Positions 1 to 13,879 of a DNA stretch of 64,000 bases are shown in pieces. The stretch covers positions 20,286,169 to 20,350,168 of the forward strand of contig OZ316891.1 of the NCBI GenBank assembly GCA_973895155.1, in the 5' to 3' direction. Position numbers and translations under genes: made by a program. The notes under the pieces are model-generated. The model made no database searches and was not told where the DNA came from. It was given only the letters and a program-made list of their open reading frames with translations. The stretch's first letter is position 1; each line of letters opens with the position of its first letter. Source of the DNA: Marsupella aquatica (Eukaryota > Plantae > Marchantiophyta).

Positions 1-224
1 GTATTACTGTATTTCGTAATAGCGGTTACCCCTCTGTGGTGTAACCTACCTAACTCTCCTGTCCCACCTTCCGCGGGCCACATCGACCTGTCTTGCTAGG
101 TTTTTTTAAAACCAGTTGAGAAGTCTAGAGCAAATATTGGGCAAATCTTCGAGATGTTAGTGACTGCTTCTGGGAAATAATATTTGCGAGAAATTCTTCC
201 TAACAAACCTTTCTCTGTCGATAG

Positions 225-2294
225 ACTACCTTCAAAGGACGAGTGTTCATGACCCACGCAACCAAGGTCATCTACATGCTTTTGCTGACCGACTTCGTCA
301 AAGTCAGTAAGTCTTCTGTGGACGTTATGCTTTATGATGAGCAGGACATTGCTCGAACGATGAAGAAGATCGAGGTAAAAATGGCACACTGCATCTCCTA
401 ATTTATTTATTTGTTTTATATTTGGTAAATCCTCCAGGCACACATGCGCATCTTAACTAACAAAATGAAGTGAACGACGAGCCATTTTTAAGTGTTCTGG
501 GTGACCAACTTAATTTACCAGAACAGGTGGATTACTCCCCGAGTCGAACGAGCTGGTTCGGAAAGGGATTACTCTTCTCATGCATGAAAATGCGCTGGAT
601 ATAGACGAGGATTCGTAGTCAAGACTGGTAGGGTACTAAGATGTCTTGCGGCATTTGTTTTGCAGGTAATCGATTTCCATCAGACAATGGAGGTGAATGG
701 GATCCGATTTTGGTGTTATACTGCTGGTCATGTCTTAGGAGCTGCAATGTTCATGGTGGACATTGCTGGAGTGCGAGTCCTCTACACAGGGGATTATTCT
801 CGGGAAGAGGACCGTCATTTGAAAGCTGCTGAAGTGCCGGAGTTTTCACCAGATGTTTGCATCATTGAATCAACTTACGGGGTGCAGATCCACCAACCCC
901 GAGTAGTTCGTGAGAGAAGGTTCACCGATGCAGTTCATCAAACAGTTATGAATGGAGGAAGAGTTTTGATCCCTGCATTTGCTCTAGGCCGCGCTCAAGA
1001 GCTTCTTCTTATACTAGATGAGTATTGGGAAGCCCACCCAGAACTCCATCACATACCAATTTATTATGCCTCTCCATTGGCAAAGAAATGCATCCGTGTC
1101 TATCAAACCTACATAAATTCTATGAATGATAAAATTCGGAGGCAGTTTGAGGTATCAAACCCTTTTATTTTTAAACACATTTCACCTCTCAAGAGCATTG
1201 AACAATTTGATGACGCGGGGCCTTCAGTGGTAATGGCGAGTCCAGGTGGGCTACAAAGTGGGCTATCTCGACAATTGTTTGATATGTGGTGTCAAGATAA
1301 AAAGAGTGCTTGCGTGATACCTGGATACCTAGTAGAAGGAACCCCGGCAAAGGCCATCATGAATGAGCCGAAGGAGGTGGCACTGAACTCTGGGCTGGTA
1401 GTGCCTCTCAATATGAAAGTTCATTACATCTCATTCTCGGCCCATGCAGATTATACCCAGACAAGTGCATTCCTGAGCGAGTTGAACCCACCCAACATCA
1501 TCCTCGTGCACGGGGAGTCCAATGAGATGGGACGGTTGAAAGCAAAGCTCCAAACCCAATTTGCCGATACCAATGTGAAGGTTTTGACTCCCAAAAATTG
1601 CCAGACAGTGGAATTGTTCTTTAAGGGTGACAAGACAGCCAAAGCTGTAGGAAGACTGGCGGAGAAAACCCCACAGCTAACGGACCCTATGAGTGGACTC
1701 CTGGTTCGGAAGGGATTTAGTTACCAGCTTATGACTCCAGATGATCTCCACAGCTATACACAGCTCTCTACTGGAAGTGTCTTACAGAGGCAATCTGTTC
1801 CTTACAAGGGAACTTTTACAGTGCTCAGGCACAGGCTCCAACTGATGTATGAAGGAGTGGAAACTGTAGCGAAAACAGAGATAGCCACACTTAAAGTCTA
1901 TGACAAAGTGACTGTGATCCAAGAAGGAATGGATTACATAGTCTTGCAGTGGGTCTCCGATCCTGTGAGTGATATGATAGCTGATTCAATTGTTGCTATG
2001 GTTCTCAAGCTAGATTCTCAAAGTTTTGGTGGAATTGTCTCCAACGGGTTTCGGGCGAAGGAGGCTCGATTGGAGAGAGATGAAATTCGGATTGTACACA
2101 ATCTGCTGCTTTCATTATTTGGAAATGTCAAATTGGACGAGAAACAGCAGAAATTGACTGTCACAGTGGATGGAGCCGTGGCCACTGTGGACCACGCCAA
2201 CAAGGGAATCGATTGTACAGATGAGAACTTAAAGGAGCGAATCAAGGTCGCTCTGCGCAGGATACAAACAGCCTTATATCCCCTGGATGCCTGA
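225..2294 (+). CDS. CPSF73: Cleavage and polyadenylation specificity factor subunit 3 (CPSF73-I), 3' exons; 5' exons lie upstream of the window
   Basis: Exon 225-374 ([14 protein letters not shown]...MLYDEQD, ag/gt bounded) splices in phase 0 to exon 666-2294. The latter carries the MBL/beta-CASP motifs [40 protein letters not shown] and SFSAHAD plus the C-terminal domain. Confidence 0.96.
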
Positions 2295-2368
2295 CTCGAT
2301 TACTGTAGCTGCTTTGATACATTGCTCTGATAGGATGTACATTAGTTTTCAGTATCAGTCAGCTGTGT

Positions 2369-2530
2369 TCTCCCACGGGGAAGCAGCAATTGAGTTTCTG
2401 AAGTCTAGAGTAGGAGTGATGGCAGAAAGACGTGTTCGCCTGATTGAGCCCACAATAAGCTTTATTCTCCCACCGGGAAGCAGCAATTTGAGCTTCTCAG
2501 GTATAGAGTAGGAATGATGACAGAAACCTG
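2369..2530. repeat. ~100-bp-spaced direct duplication in the CPSF73 3' region
   Basis: ctcccac..ggaagcagcaatt..gag.ttct.a.gt.tagagtagga.tgatg.cagaaa occurs at ~2369 and ~2467. Confidence 0.75.
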
Positions 2531-4267
2531 ATTTACATACAATCTCAGGGATGATGGAGGTGGGCCTTTTGATGCCCAGTACCAGGGACCCACTTGAATT
2601 GAGAGTAGGAATAGAGGAGATCTGTAACTTTTACACGATTTTGTGCTCAGTTAATTTGAAGTTTTTGTTCAATTAATAGAGTCCACCGAAGATGAGGTGC
2701 CCCCTGTCACAATTTCACGAGGCATGTCGATGGATGCATTTGGATTTCTGATGATGAGAGTCGACTCGAATTTAGTTCTTAGTCCAGGGTGCACTACAGG
2801 GTCCTGCGACAGCGCACTCTGCAGCACAGCACATCTTAAATTTTAAGAATATAAAGACAAAGAGTCTAAATGTTTGCAAGCCAGACACAGTTTAATACTA
2901 TTTTAATCCTTTTGCTATGTAAAGCCTTTTGCCCCCAATGATGTGGAGAGACTGTCCGCGAAGTGAATTTCACGGTATCGAGACGGTCGAGGTCATAAGC
3001 TGCTGGTTTCATGCCTTCATCTGCCAAAGGATCTCCCAAAACTAAAGCTGGACGCTCCCGCGAAAGATTGCAATTAGGCAATATCCATGCAGGATCAAGC
3101 ATTGGAGTCTGAACAAGCCAGTCCACGCCAACTCGGAAGGATCATCTTCTCACACCACCAAGACCTCAAGTCAGCCCTACAGTCTGTTATTGCTCTTTGA
3201 GGGACAGAGCACACCTATATTTCAATCCCCACGTTTGAGCTGATGATGTTCAGTTAACGAACGAGATTGTCTTTCGTGCTCAATTGAAGTTTCCGTCCAC
3301 TGTCATGCCATGCGTCAAATTCGAATGAATATTTAGTATTTTCTGAGTTCTATCATTAGCCTCAGATTCGCTTTCTTAATGACTGGGCTATGTGTTTACC
3401 CTGTGATTGATCGTTCTTGGCTGCGGATTCCGAGGTTATGCTGCGGAATCGGGGAACATCTCTATCTTAGCCGCAATTAACAGGATTGGTGGCGATAACG
3501 TGTTCTCTCATGCACTTTCTGCCTTATCACACCTTGAAATAACTTGGCTATGATTCCTTTGAATTTCATGCTTCTGTAGCAGCAAACAATTGACCACGAT
3601 TATCTGAGACCTGCACCGATTGAAGGGTAGTCAATTGACGTCGATTATCGTCGACACCATCCGGGCAGTTAGTTAGTGTGGCGAAAGACCAATTGAGGGC
3701 AAACCAGCTTTCGACCGTCGTGTTCTGGTGTACTGCTTTCACTATCCCCGTCAAATCTGGACCCTCGCACCCTCGCTATTCGACTCTAATCCACTCCTGT
3801 TCCATTGGAGAACTGGTGGATCAGCTTCATTTTCAATGGCTGTTGTCTGTGACCATCGTGAGCAACATTTAACCTCCGGCTCGTAGTTGCCCCTTTCGAT
3901 CTCTATGCGCCTCTTTGTCTCTCCCGTTTCCCACGTACCTCTGAGTTTCGAATCTCGTCTTCCAGAATCACGCTGCAAGGTCGCGCTTCTGCAATGCAGC
4001 CGTGCGTGTGTAACATTGATCAATGTACAAGAAAGTGCGCTTGCGGTGGACATTTATTTGTTCCTCATAGAAATCAATGCTTGTCGAGCTAAGACGGAGT
4101 GCAGTTGTGTCAAAACTTCATTGAACTCATGAATCTCCATATTATGTGACACAGCGTCGACGAATTAAATCTGATTCATTGACTCTCTTACTACTGTCAG
4201 ACTTAGATTTCTAGCTCAAAATAGAGCAGTAAATAAGCCAGTTTTTCTTCGGAACAACAACATTCAA

Positions 4268-5395
4268 ATGGGGAGGTCTAAGTCTAAGAGCAATTCGGCT
4301 TCTAAGCGAAGACGGACCGTCTCTGGATCGAAAGCTTCTTCGTCTTCACGAGGTATATATTCATAACACCGTCCGACCACTTCGTCGCATCCCAGATCTA
4401 ATCCTATCGATTCCATTGATTGACAAATACTTAATCACTGATAAAGAATAGTTTAGGAGCTGGAGAAGGTACAAGAAGCGAATGCATGGCATCACAAGTA
4501 GATGACAGTGTGCGTTCGGATCCACTACCGAGAAATGACAATGACTCAGATTACTTACGCTGAAAATTTCCGGTTTCTGTCCTTTGGAATCAAACATTTA
4601 TCCCTTTCGTGTGCATATGATGAACCAATGAAGATGTGAGAAAAATCGTACTATCGTATCTCACCTTATCTACAGTGCGATAATGTTCATACACAATACC
4701 AGTAATCTTGCCAGCTTGGACAGCCGGTTATGTCTCTGGAGAACCTGGAAATTCATCGTATGTACAGGCTTCAAAGCTTAACGGTGACATCTCTATGATT
4801 TGATACTTAGTTAGATCATCTGCACTGATACTGTAGTTGTGATCCGTAACTACTGTAGGGCGCTCGCAGTCCAAGGGAAAGGAGAAAGCAGAAAAGAGAA
4901 CGAGAAAAGTGAAGGACAAGAAGCGTCCGAAGCGAGCATTGGGACCTTACATGTACTTCTGCAAAGATCAAAGGAAAGACATCCAGGAACAAAATCCCAA
5001 CATGTCGTTTGGCGACATCGGGCGAGTTCTTGGAAGCCACTGGAGCAGGCTGAACGAAAAAGATAAGCAGGTTGGTGCCCCGCTTATCATTGAATTGCCC
5101 CCGTCACCTCGTCATGTTCATCAGTGCATGAATTGTAAACGTGAATTTCAGTCACACGGAGTGCTCCAACTTCACTGACGAGGAAAGTACATTTCTTTGG
5201 CTAGCATATTCTTTGAATGAGGGCCAGAGCGCACATTCATGAATCGAGAGTGATGGCCCGTTGCCATTTGGATTGTACAGCATTGCGTAAGGGTTGTTAA
5301 TCTTCGTTCATCCTGTGCAGAAATACGTGAGGAAAGCTCAAACCGATAAGAGGCGATATGACAAGGAGATGAAACGGTACAAGCCACGCCGTTGA
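4268..5395 (+). CDS. Small single HMG-box protein (NHP6/HMGB-like), ~123 aa, 3 exons
   Basis: Exons 4268-4352, 4859-5070 and 5321-5395 join in frame via GT-AG introns: MGRSKSKSNSASKRRR...KDKKRPKRALGPYMYFCKDQRKDIQEQNPNMSFGDIGRVLGSHWSRLNEKDKQKYVRKAQTDKRRYDKEMKRYKPRR*, a canonical HMG box. Confidence 0.9.
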
Positions 5396-7101
5396 ATGTG
5401 GGGAAGCCCTACAACTCACAGCAAGGTGAGATCCTCATCTACCCAAGTTTCCCCACTTTTCATATGATTCACATGTTTTGGTGGATGTTCCCACAACTGT
5501 TCACTAGCCTGAGTTCCGATTACTGTATAGCAAGTCGGACTCTTGACCATACTACAAGTAGACTAAGCAAAGCATAAGTACAGCTTCGGTTTCTGCTAAA
5601 CCTTGAAGCTGCAGTGAAACGCTGATGCCACTCAGTTCTATATCCTGAGTCTCTTCGAAAAAGCTCTCCACATTACAGCTCTAAGGCGGCGCATACTATG
5701 TTCATTCTTACATTAGTCTTCGAAAACAGTCATCAAAATGTTTTCCTCCGTTTGGTGGATTGGTAGTATTTAGTAGTAAGCACCTGCTAGGCATCTTGCA
5801 GTTGCGCGAGGAGGGTCCTAGGTCTTGTCTTTGGCCTTGCTTCTTGTTCGCTGGCAGGGTTACAATTGCCAGATTCTGGATGAAGGTGCTGTCGTTAGTT
5901 TTTGAGTCATGTTTTGCAGAATTCAGTCGAGAGTCATCTTGATTACTTTGGCCCTTGGCTTCTTGTTGGCTGTCCTCCTCAGATGACAATAGGACTTGTG
6001 CGGAGTGTAGGGCGGGATCTAGCAACTCGAAGAAGTTATCTGAAATATCATCAAGTGGGCGTGTAACAGGAGCATTCCAAAAATAATCTTGAAATCTGAA
6101 TTGTAGTCACAAATGGATTTTTAAAATTCCTAAGCTCGTGTACGACGCTGCTTGGCTTCGTGCAAGACTTAGACCTTAAGAGTTGGCAAACATATGTGGG
6201 CACCTGTTTCCGCAAATCCCTAATTGATTAATGGGGCCAGAAACAAAGTGTGATATGAGAGGAGAGACAACTGAACAGGTTGCACCGGTGCTTAGAAAGC
6301 AGCTGTTCTCATGCAGTGCAAGGCTTCAAGTATGTCTCGGAGACATCCTGATTTTGAGTCCTAATTTCAATTGCCCTTTTTGAATGAATTTAGAAACCTT
6401 AAAGCTAGAGCAAGCCATGTTTCAAGTTTTCCAAACATCGAGTGCCAACCGTAAAGGAAGAGTAAGTCTGGACATGAATGCTGAATGACTGTCTTCCTGG
6501 GAACGATGGTGTGTAGTCACCCGGATGTCGTTCGCTTCAACATACATGGTTTCAGATGAAATGTATTCCCTACCTCAATCAAAGTTGGTTATGCCCTTTT
6601 CAGGCTCCCATGTCATTTTCATGAGCATATACCTACATGAACGCTATTTGTGACACTATTGAGGCCAACCTGTCACTTGCAAGAGCATGAAGGTAAAGAA
6701 TAACGACGCTCTTGATTAGACGATTCAATATTCAAAATGAGGCAGAGTCAGATAAGAACAGCCGGGACATAACCTAACTGTGATCCATTTGTCACTCCAG
6801 TCTCAGTAATCGTTTCCTTTAAGTGAGGCTCACACCTTGCTGAACTGGAAAATGTACAGTCGCCAAACTCGACGCCCAAATTCAGCCCAAGCAATTGAGT
6901 TATTACTCGTTCGTGCCCAGCGAATGGTCCTGTTACTTGGTCTCTTATCGAAATTGTCAAAAGACCTCCGACAAAAACAACTGATCCTAACGTTCGCAAC
7001 GAGGACGAGAAACTCAACTCAAGGACTCAGAAGATGGGCTAGGCCAAAAAAAAAGAGGGATTGCCTACTTTTGACACTTTGAGATACCAAACAGGGCGAT
7101 A

Positions 7102-10100
7102 TCAAGCCATAGGTGGAAGAACTTCTGAGAACAGAAAGGGGAAGGGGAAGTAGACTAGCAGACCAAGGAGCAAAACCCCAACCCCAAGTGCTATACTGCT
7201 CCCGTCGGGAGCAGTAATCTCTTCCGACTGGGGTGTGATTGGACCCCTCTGAAGAAACAGCACTAGCACTACCCAGTACAAGGGAATGTCACTTCCTATG
7301 CCAGCAAGACCAAGCAAGCCGATGGAAACTCCTGTTAATCGTGACCAAGCCTGCACAACAAAACGATGTCCTCTCATTACTAGGCTTCATAGTCCACTTC
7401 AGATTCTATTCCTCTAAAAGATTGATCCTTTTCAAATAAATCTGTAGAAAAACTTTCGAAAACTCTCAATAATGGGGGCGGAAATTTGAATGACCCACAA
7501 TCTTGGACATCATTCTATTCTACTGGAACTGATCCTATGCACCCGGAAAGCTTCCACATTCATGGACCTAACGACATTTGTGGTTTCGAGTCATCATAGA
7601 ATTTGTTCACGCTCGGACGAATGGTATGGAACTATTGTATGACTTACCTTCCTGCCCCACATAGCCTGGGAGATTCGTCCACCATCGAGCTCACCAACAG
7701 GAATGCTGTTTATCGAGTTTATCAGTAGACCAGCCCAGGCAGATAACACAATCGGATTTATGGAAACTGTTGCCCCCTCCGTCAAAGCATCACCCAGGAT
7801 CAACTTCACTGCATTGATCCAAACATCAAACATCGATCTGAGTATTTAATTTGACTTGTATGTTGACTTTTATCTTATTGGCACAGGACGTACCAATTCA
7901 GTGATGAAGAGAATGGGACAGAGCGATTACGGCTCCCGTCAATCTTAGTTACCAATTTAGCTCTAAATTTTTGTGCTTGTGTTGCCCGAAAGAAGCTGTC
8001 ACTGCTTTTGCGTACTTCGCTTTGTCTTTCTTAACCTCAGGATGGATTAGCTATTTACATACTGAACTGCTTGAAGTCTTTCAAAGGTGTTAGACAAGTC
8101 ACCCGTTAGCTACAGCAGTTCTCAACGTTTCAGTGTGTTTATCTGATCAAGATTCTCCTCAACTTCCGGCACCATTCAGACATTCACAAACTGACCCAAT
8201 TAAAACAAAGTACAACACATCAGTGGATCAACACGGTGTTATGAAACGGGACGGGATTTCTCACCAAGTCCACCAACTAGAAAGGATTCATGGAAAACTG
8301 AGGCATTGACTAGAAGTCCTTGCCCTTCAGCTGGAGGTAATAGCAATCCGATCAGCACAATCGCAAGGCCCACAGCAGCTCCAGCTAGTGGCCCTGCAGC
8401 AGCTAGCTTCAGTAAATCCTTTCGATTTTTGAGGATGTTGGTAATCCTTGTGATTGCACCAAATGATCCCAGCTGATCATAGAACAGTTGCGGTCAAAAT
8501 AAAGGTAAGCCTAGGACAAAGAAGGAGATAAAGAACCATATCTGAAACACAAATCCTCGACCTGTGAATTTAAAGTTGCCATTATACAGAATAACGACGA
8601 CATACTTTTGCAGCCTTATTGTGTAGAATTAAGACGGATAAGAGAGAAGTCCACCTGCCAACTCGGAATGAAATATGGGACAGCCAGCTTAGCACCAACT
8701 TCATTTGCAATGTAACGATGTCCAGCCTCATGAGCAAGAAGGACAAGTAGTGTCGGGATTGCTCCAACAAACCCATCTAGTAGAAGGCTCGAATTCCCAA
8801 TATTTGTCCTACAAGAAAATAAAAACCAGAAAATCGAAAGAATCAATTATAAGCTAAAGAAGGGGAAGAGCTAGTACTAATTAGAAAATTCTGGATACTT
8901 TGAACAGCACATTGACCTATCTCTGGCACATAAAAATTGGCTGTTACAAGGGGTTAAGGGTATCACAGAAAAGCAAGCTGCAACTGAGGGGCATTCCGAA
9001 GTAGAATGGTAAAGACGGTGACAACTCCAAAGGCTCCTGCTGCAAACCACTCTGGCAACGCTGCACACAAATATTTTTCAACAATTTAGCTATCCAGATG
9101 ATCTTATAGGTTGGGCTTGTTTTGGTTAATTTCTGACATAATAATTGAATTTTCTTAGTGGCCGGCACTTAATGAAGATCGTAAGACAAGAATTGGTTAC
9201 GATACAGAAAAACGTCTATATGCACGTGACTGGGTGCCCTTGCCACCGTCTTAAGGCAAGGACTGGAACGTCATATGCGGCATTTCGACTGGTTCGTGCT
9301 TTCTGTTCTTTACCAGGTGACAAGGGTTCCAAAGACTTTGAGGGCACAACGACAGAAACTGGCCGGTCGTCTGTTGGGTTGGACAGCAGAAAGAGCTTGT
9401 ACTTTTCCCCGAACTTATTCTGCTCAGTGCAGAACACACCCACATCTCATCAGCTCACAACTTTCTCGAGACCAAAGGAGTCAAATATCCACACCAAACA
9501 TGGTCAATCCACAGAAACAAAAGTAAAGTAAATGAAATTGTTGTCTAGGGTTATTTTTAAATAAATGAAGGTAATCTTCACGTAAATACCTCCAAGCGCT
9601 TTGCAAGTTTGGTGTAACTTTTTGACGGATCACCGCGTAAGTTCCCACTGAAGAGAACTCCTTCCTATTACATCATCCATGACGCCTGCTGTCAATTAGT
9701 CTACGAAGCGTGCTTTACAGTCCACTGGGATCTACTTGGCTGTGGACCAGGAATAAATATCATTTGCAAACATTAAAAGAATCAGCGTACGAAGACTAGT
9801 ATTAACTAGAAAAGACTTGCTATTTCTTATGCAAGAGTCTGAAAGAATGAGACATCTACTATACTTCAAAAGTCATGCTACCATTAATATGTGCAATTAT
9901 GTGGTCAACTCATTTTTACAACTGCCAAACACTTTCTACTTGTCCTTCCAATCTTGATTCTGCTAACTATCGTTTTATTTGACTGTCATATCCTTAAGAG
10001 ATTTCCCACCATCATAACCCGAAGAGAGACAGACTAGACCAGTGTCAGAAACCACGTAATTTCTCACCTCATAAGGTTCCTGACCTGTCACAAAAAAGGT

Positions 10101-12321
10101 GTCAAAGCCAAATACTTGATCTCGAAGAACATCAACATCTTCCTTTGGAATCCTGGCTGGTTGACCAGACGGCTTGTAGGTTCACAACAGTCATCCATCC
10201 ACGCCGACAAACCACATCAAACAGAAACATCAGTACATCGCATCCCATCGTTTACTTCTGACAGGAGTAAATGAGGACCAGCAAGACATTGACAGGTGAT
10301 TGACTTTCAGATATGCCTGCTCATGGTCAGTCGAGAGAGCACTGGTTTAAGGACAATGGAAGAGCAATTTACAGAGCCTTTTTTTTTAACAAAATTCGTA
10401 CTGGCCATTCAATATGAATAGGGTAGGCGACATACATTTACTCCTGGAAGTGGTGATCCAAGAGCCACTTTTTCTTCTTCAGAGGCCTGACAAAACATCG
10501 AAAAAAAGGTGTTCAAAGGAAGATGGTAGGAAACGCCATGGGAAATTGTGCTGGGCTCCACATCATCCAGATTGCCACAGTACAAAGAATGTCCTTACTA
10601 ATTACATCAGCAGAAATATTAGATACCTGTGGAGAGGGCTCAGCTACCGGAGCATCCTCAGACTCGTTTATTGTCTCGGTTGTGGACGAGATCGTTTCGT
10701 CCTGCAAGAATCCCAAATAGTAGACGGGAAATTACAAACATGATTTACTGGCAGCATCCACCTTTCCGGTAGAGTGAGCTTTGAATGATGGAATGTCCAC
10801 AGTTCTGTCGTTTCAGATCAAACGTATGTCTCTAAACGTAGATCAAACCATTTGCTGGTCTGCACTACAACCAAAATGTTTATAACTAGCAGAAAATCGC
10901 CCTGTCAGTACACTTGAGCTAATCACAACTTTCATCGTGGGAACGCTCAAACCAATTTTCAGTCGGAAATTGAACCCTGCTGATCTAGTGACCCCTGTAC
11001 CTTCTCGGTGTCCTCCTCTTTATGTTCTCCGTCCGATGATGCCTTTATTGAGGACTTCCATCTGCAAAAGCCTCCACCATCGATGCGTCACAAAGCCGAC
11101 CTCGAATTTAATTAAGAAAGCTAATCTAAGAGCCGTGAGGACTTTATACACGGGTATTCCATGGTAACTGATCCCGGCATATTTGTAATCTGTTCCTTGC
11201 CCGAACTCGTGATCGTCAAACTCGAGTAACAGCCACTTCCTGAACCGTGACGAGTAGGAAGATATATTCTTCTGTGATTGAGGAATGCTCATGAATTGTT
11301 TAATGCGACTCCCCGTTACGACATTGCTTCGAAAAGCCTTTTTGCCCAATTTGCCTTAACTTGCCAAGAACGTAATCCGTTAATCGAGAATTCAGGGATC
11401 ATCAATACAACGGTTGAATGCAGCAATTAGTGAAGAAAGAGGTGGACCATTGCATTCTGCCTCCACAATCGTCAGTATTCGCATGGTGGACATTTTCTGA
11501 TAAACTTCTTGTAACAGTACTACAAAGCTGCCTGTCCGCCTTCTTCGGGAAACAAATAACGGGAAGAGACAGAGTTCCAGAGCTCCCTTTGGTGCTATGA
11601 GCTACTGTCCTTCCTCGACCTTAGCAGCATCCGAACAGCCTACTAGATTGCACAAACCGTCAAACTTCAGACGCATCGAGTGGACGCAACTTCCTCTGCC
11701 TCCGGCCATCCAGAGTCAATAGCGCAGGAAAGACTTTCGACAGATGGGTGGAGAATCCTTCTCCTGTATAAAAGAATTGCATCTAAGGAACGGTCGAAAT
11801 GATACATCATCGTAGAGACTAATACTCCTAAAGAATGGCTGCTGACTGTTTTTCTCGAATTTTATCAAGGAACGAATAATCGCTCTCCACAAGAAATCTT
11901 ATTGTCAATTCGTTCTCTTATGGTCGCAGTCGGCTCATCCATCCAGCTATGGTGGGGTACAGTAGGGAGATTACCACCGAATTAGAAAACTAGAACGCTG
12001 CAAAACGAGCGGACTGATTAACGATGCACATTGCCAAGCCAATCCTCACCTTTCCGCATTGCGAGAAAGCAGCTGCGTTTTCCACACCGGCACCTTTCCA
12101 GAAACGCTAGACCAATCAACCTTCTTTCTCAAGACACTGGATCTCCGAGACCTGAAATGGCGAAAATCGCCGCAAATTACTGGGTGGACGGAAATTCTCC
12201 ACTTCGACTGCCTTATCGTCGTGAACGCTGCTCTTCCACCTCTTGAGAGGAGAATGGGAGGAACGGCAGCAGCAGCCGGCAATGGCGCGATCTCCAGCCT
12301 GAAATTAGTACAGAGACTCAT
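7102..12321 (-). CDS. EGY2: Chloroplast intramembrane zinc metalloprotease, M50/S2P family (EGY2-like), multi-exon
   Basis: HEAGH zinc motif (~8720), INSIPVGELDGGRI (~7680-7715), GPLAG motif, C-terminal FLQRGPITPQSEEIT. Transit-peptide-like first exon 12050-12321 starts MSLCTNFRL. Small exons 11001-11061 and ~10627-10701 have matching phases. Confidence 0.9.
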
Positions 12322-12473
12322 CTCTCCCGTCTCCAACCCTCTCTGTCTATTGCAGCTCCAAACGCAATCGTCAAGAATTGATCATTATCGATACCATACT
12401 GTTCTCAAGCACTCACGCACGCCATTTGTCTAACTGTTTGTTGCTCTTGCTCCACCAATTGACGGAACCTTGT

Positions 12474-12900
12474 CGCTCGAGATGTGCAAGGCAGAGCTTC
12501 AAATGCTTGTAGCTCAAGATGGGTAAGGTGAAGCCCCAAAAGCTTTATAGCTCAAGATGGGTGAGGTAAACCTTATAACCTCCTAGCTCCAGAAGCTAAG
12601 GTGAAGATTCAAAAGCTGTAGCTCGAGATGATAACGTCCAGCCTCCAAAACTCGTGGGTTGAAATAGTAAGGCAGAGCTTCAAACGCTTGTGGGTCGAGC
12701 TGAGGAGAGAAGGCTTCAAAAGCTTGGGGTCGAACTGGTTAGGCAGAGCTTCACAAACTTAATTGTAGCTCGAGATGGAGAGGTGGAGATCCAAAAGCTG
12801 ATAGCTCGAGATGATAAGGTAGAGCTTCAGAAGCTTGCGGGTCGAAATGATCAGGTCTCTTGAATGTGTAAAGCTCGAATGTGTATAGCTTGAGATGGTA
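12474..12900. repeat. Degenerate ~36-bp tandem repeat, ~11-12 units
   Basis: Recurring gctc(g/a)agatg..aagg..gagcttcaaa.gcttgta units. Confidence 0.75.
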
Positions 12901-13352
12901 ATGGGCATTCTTCTGTGCACAATCACCTGATTCGAGCCTGCAAACAGGGAAACTGGTAGTGGATGAGGGATAGCTGCATCCAATTCATGTCTTGCTTTGC
13001 CCAGGGAATTGAATTCGGTTTGATTCAATGTTCGAATTCCAATCCATTCATGGCCAATAGTGCAGCACACTTTTTGCTACAATTGGTTCAATTGGGTCAT
13101 CATCAGCAGATGTGGGACGTCGATGTGTTTCATTTGACGGGCTCGATTGAGATATCTGATGATGTCAGTTATATTCAATTATTGAGTTAAACTATTTATC
13201 CATAGCTAGCCCAATGCCCTTCGTGTTTCAGAGTGTTGTTGATACTAAGGGCCAACTTGCATGTGAGCGGCCCTTTATTTAGCGGCCCTCTACCCTGGCG
13301 ACAGTTTTGGAACAAGGTTCCCTACTCAATCTTTGAATGTGAAACGTATGTC

Positions 13353-13418
13353 ATTAACCTGGTTCTAACTAGCCCAAGACAAGCTTGTCTGTCTTGGGCT
13401 AGTTAGAACCAGGTTAAT
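13353..13418. repeat. Perfect 29-bp inverted repeat (hairpin)
   Basis: attaacctggttctaactagcccaagaca / tgtcttgggctagttagaaccaggttaat with an 8-nt spacer. Confidence 0.9.
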
Positions 13419-13879
13419 CTATTTAACCCACCACAAACCAGTCCTGCCAAAGCCTTACTTGTGGTAAACCCAGGATGTTAGTCATGGTTGTGGTCCCTGT
13501 AACAGAATTCCTGGTCTGGTTCACGTCCACAACAAAGACATCCCTCTTTGTCCAGAATGTACTGGGGCGGGTTGGCGGCCAGGGGATGGGGACCCAACAG
13601 TGGAGGTGTGGGGCAGGCTGTGGCCATGGGTGCTAAATGCAGGAGGCAAGGGTTGCACGAAGACAAGTGGGTTGGTAGGTGGGTGGATTGTGGATTAGTA
13701 ACTATCCCACATGACTTGGCAAGCAGAGCAGTTTTCCAAGTTGAAATCACAATTATCATGACCAACAGGGCAACTAAGGAGCATTTTTGAAGTCTATACC
13801 TGCCTTCCCACATTTGAGAGCTAGTAGTGGTTCCCACTCTTTTCAGATACAGCACTCTGTCCATGATGTTTAGGTCTGG

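Noticed and set aside
3237-3350. Possible lone C/D snoRNA (TGATGA...CTGA)
   Set aside because: Weak stem and no convincing guide next to box D.
5708-6025. 105-aa minus-strand ORF between the HMG-box gene and EGY2
   Set aside because: No ATG start, no recognisable homology and no supported exon chain.
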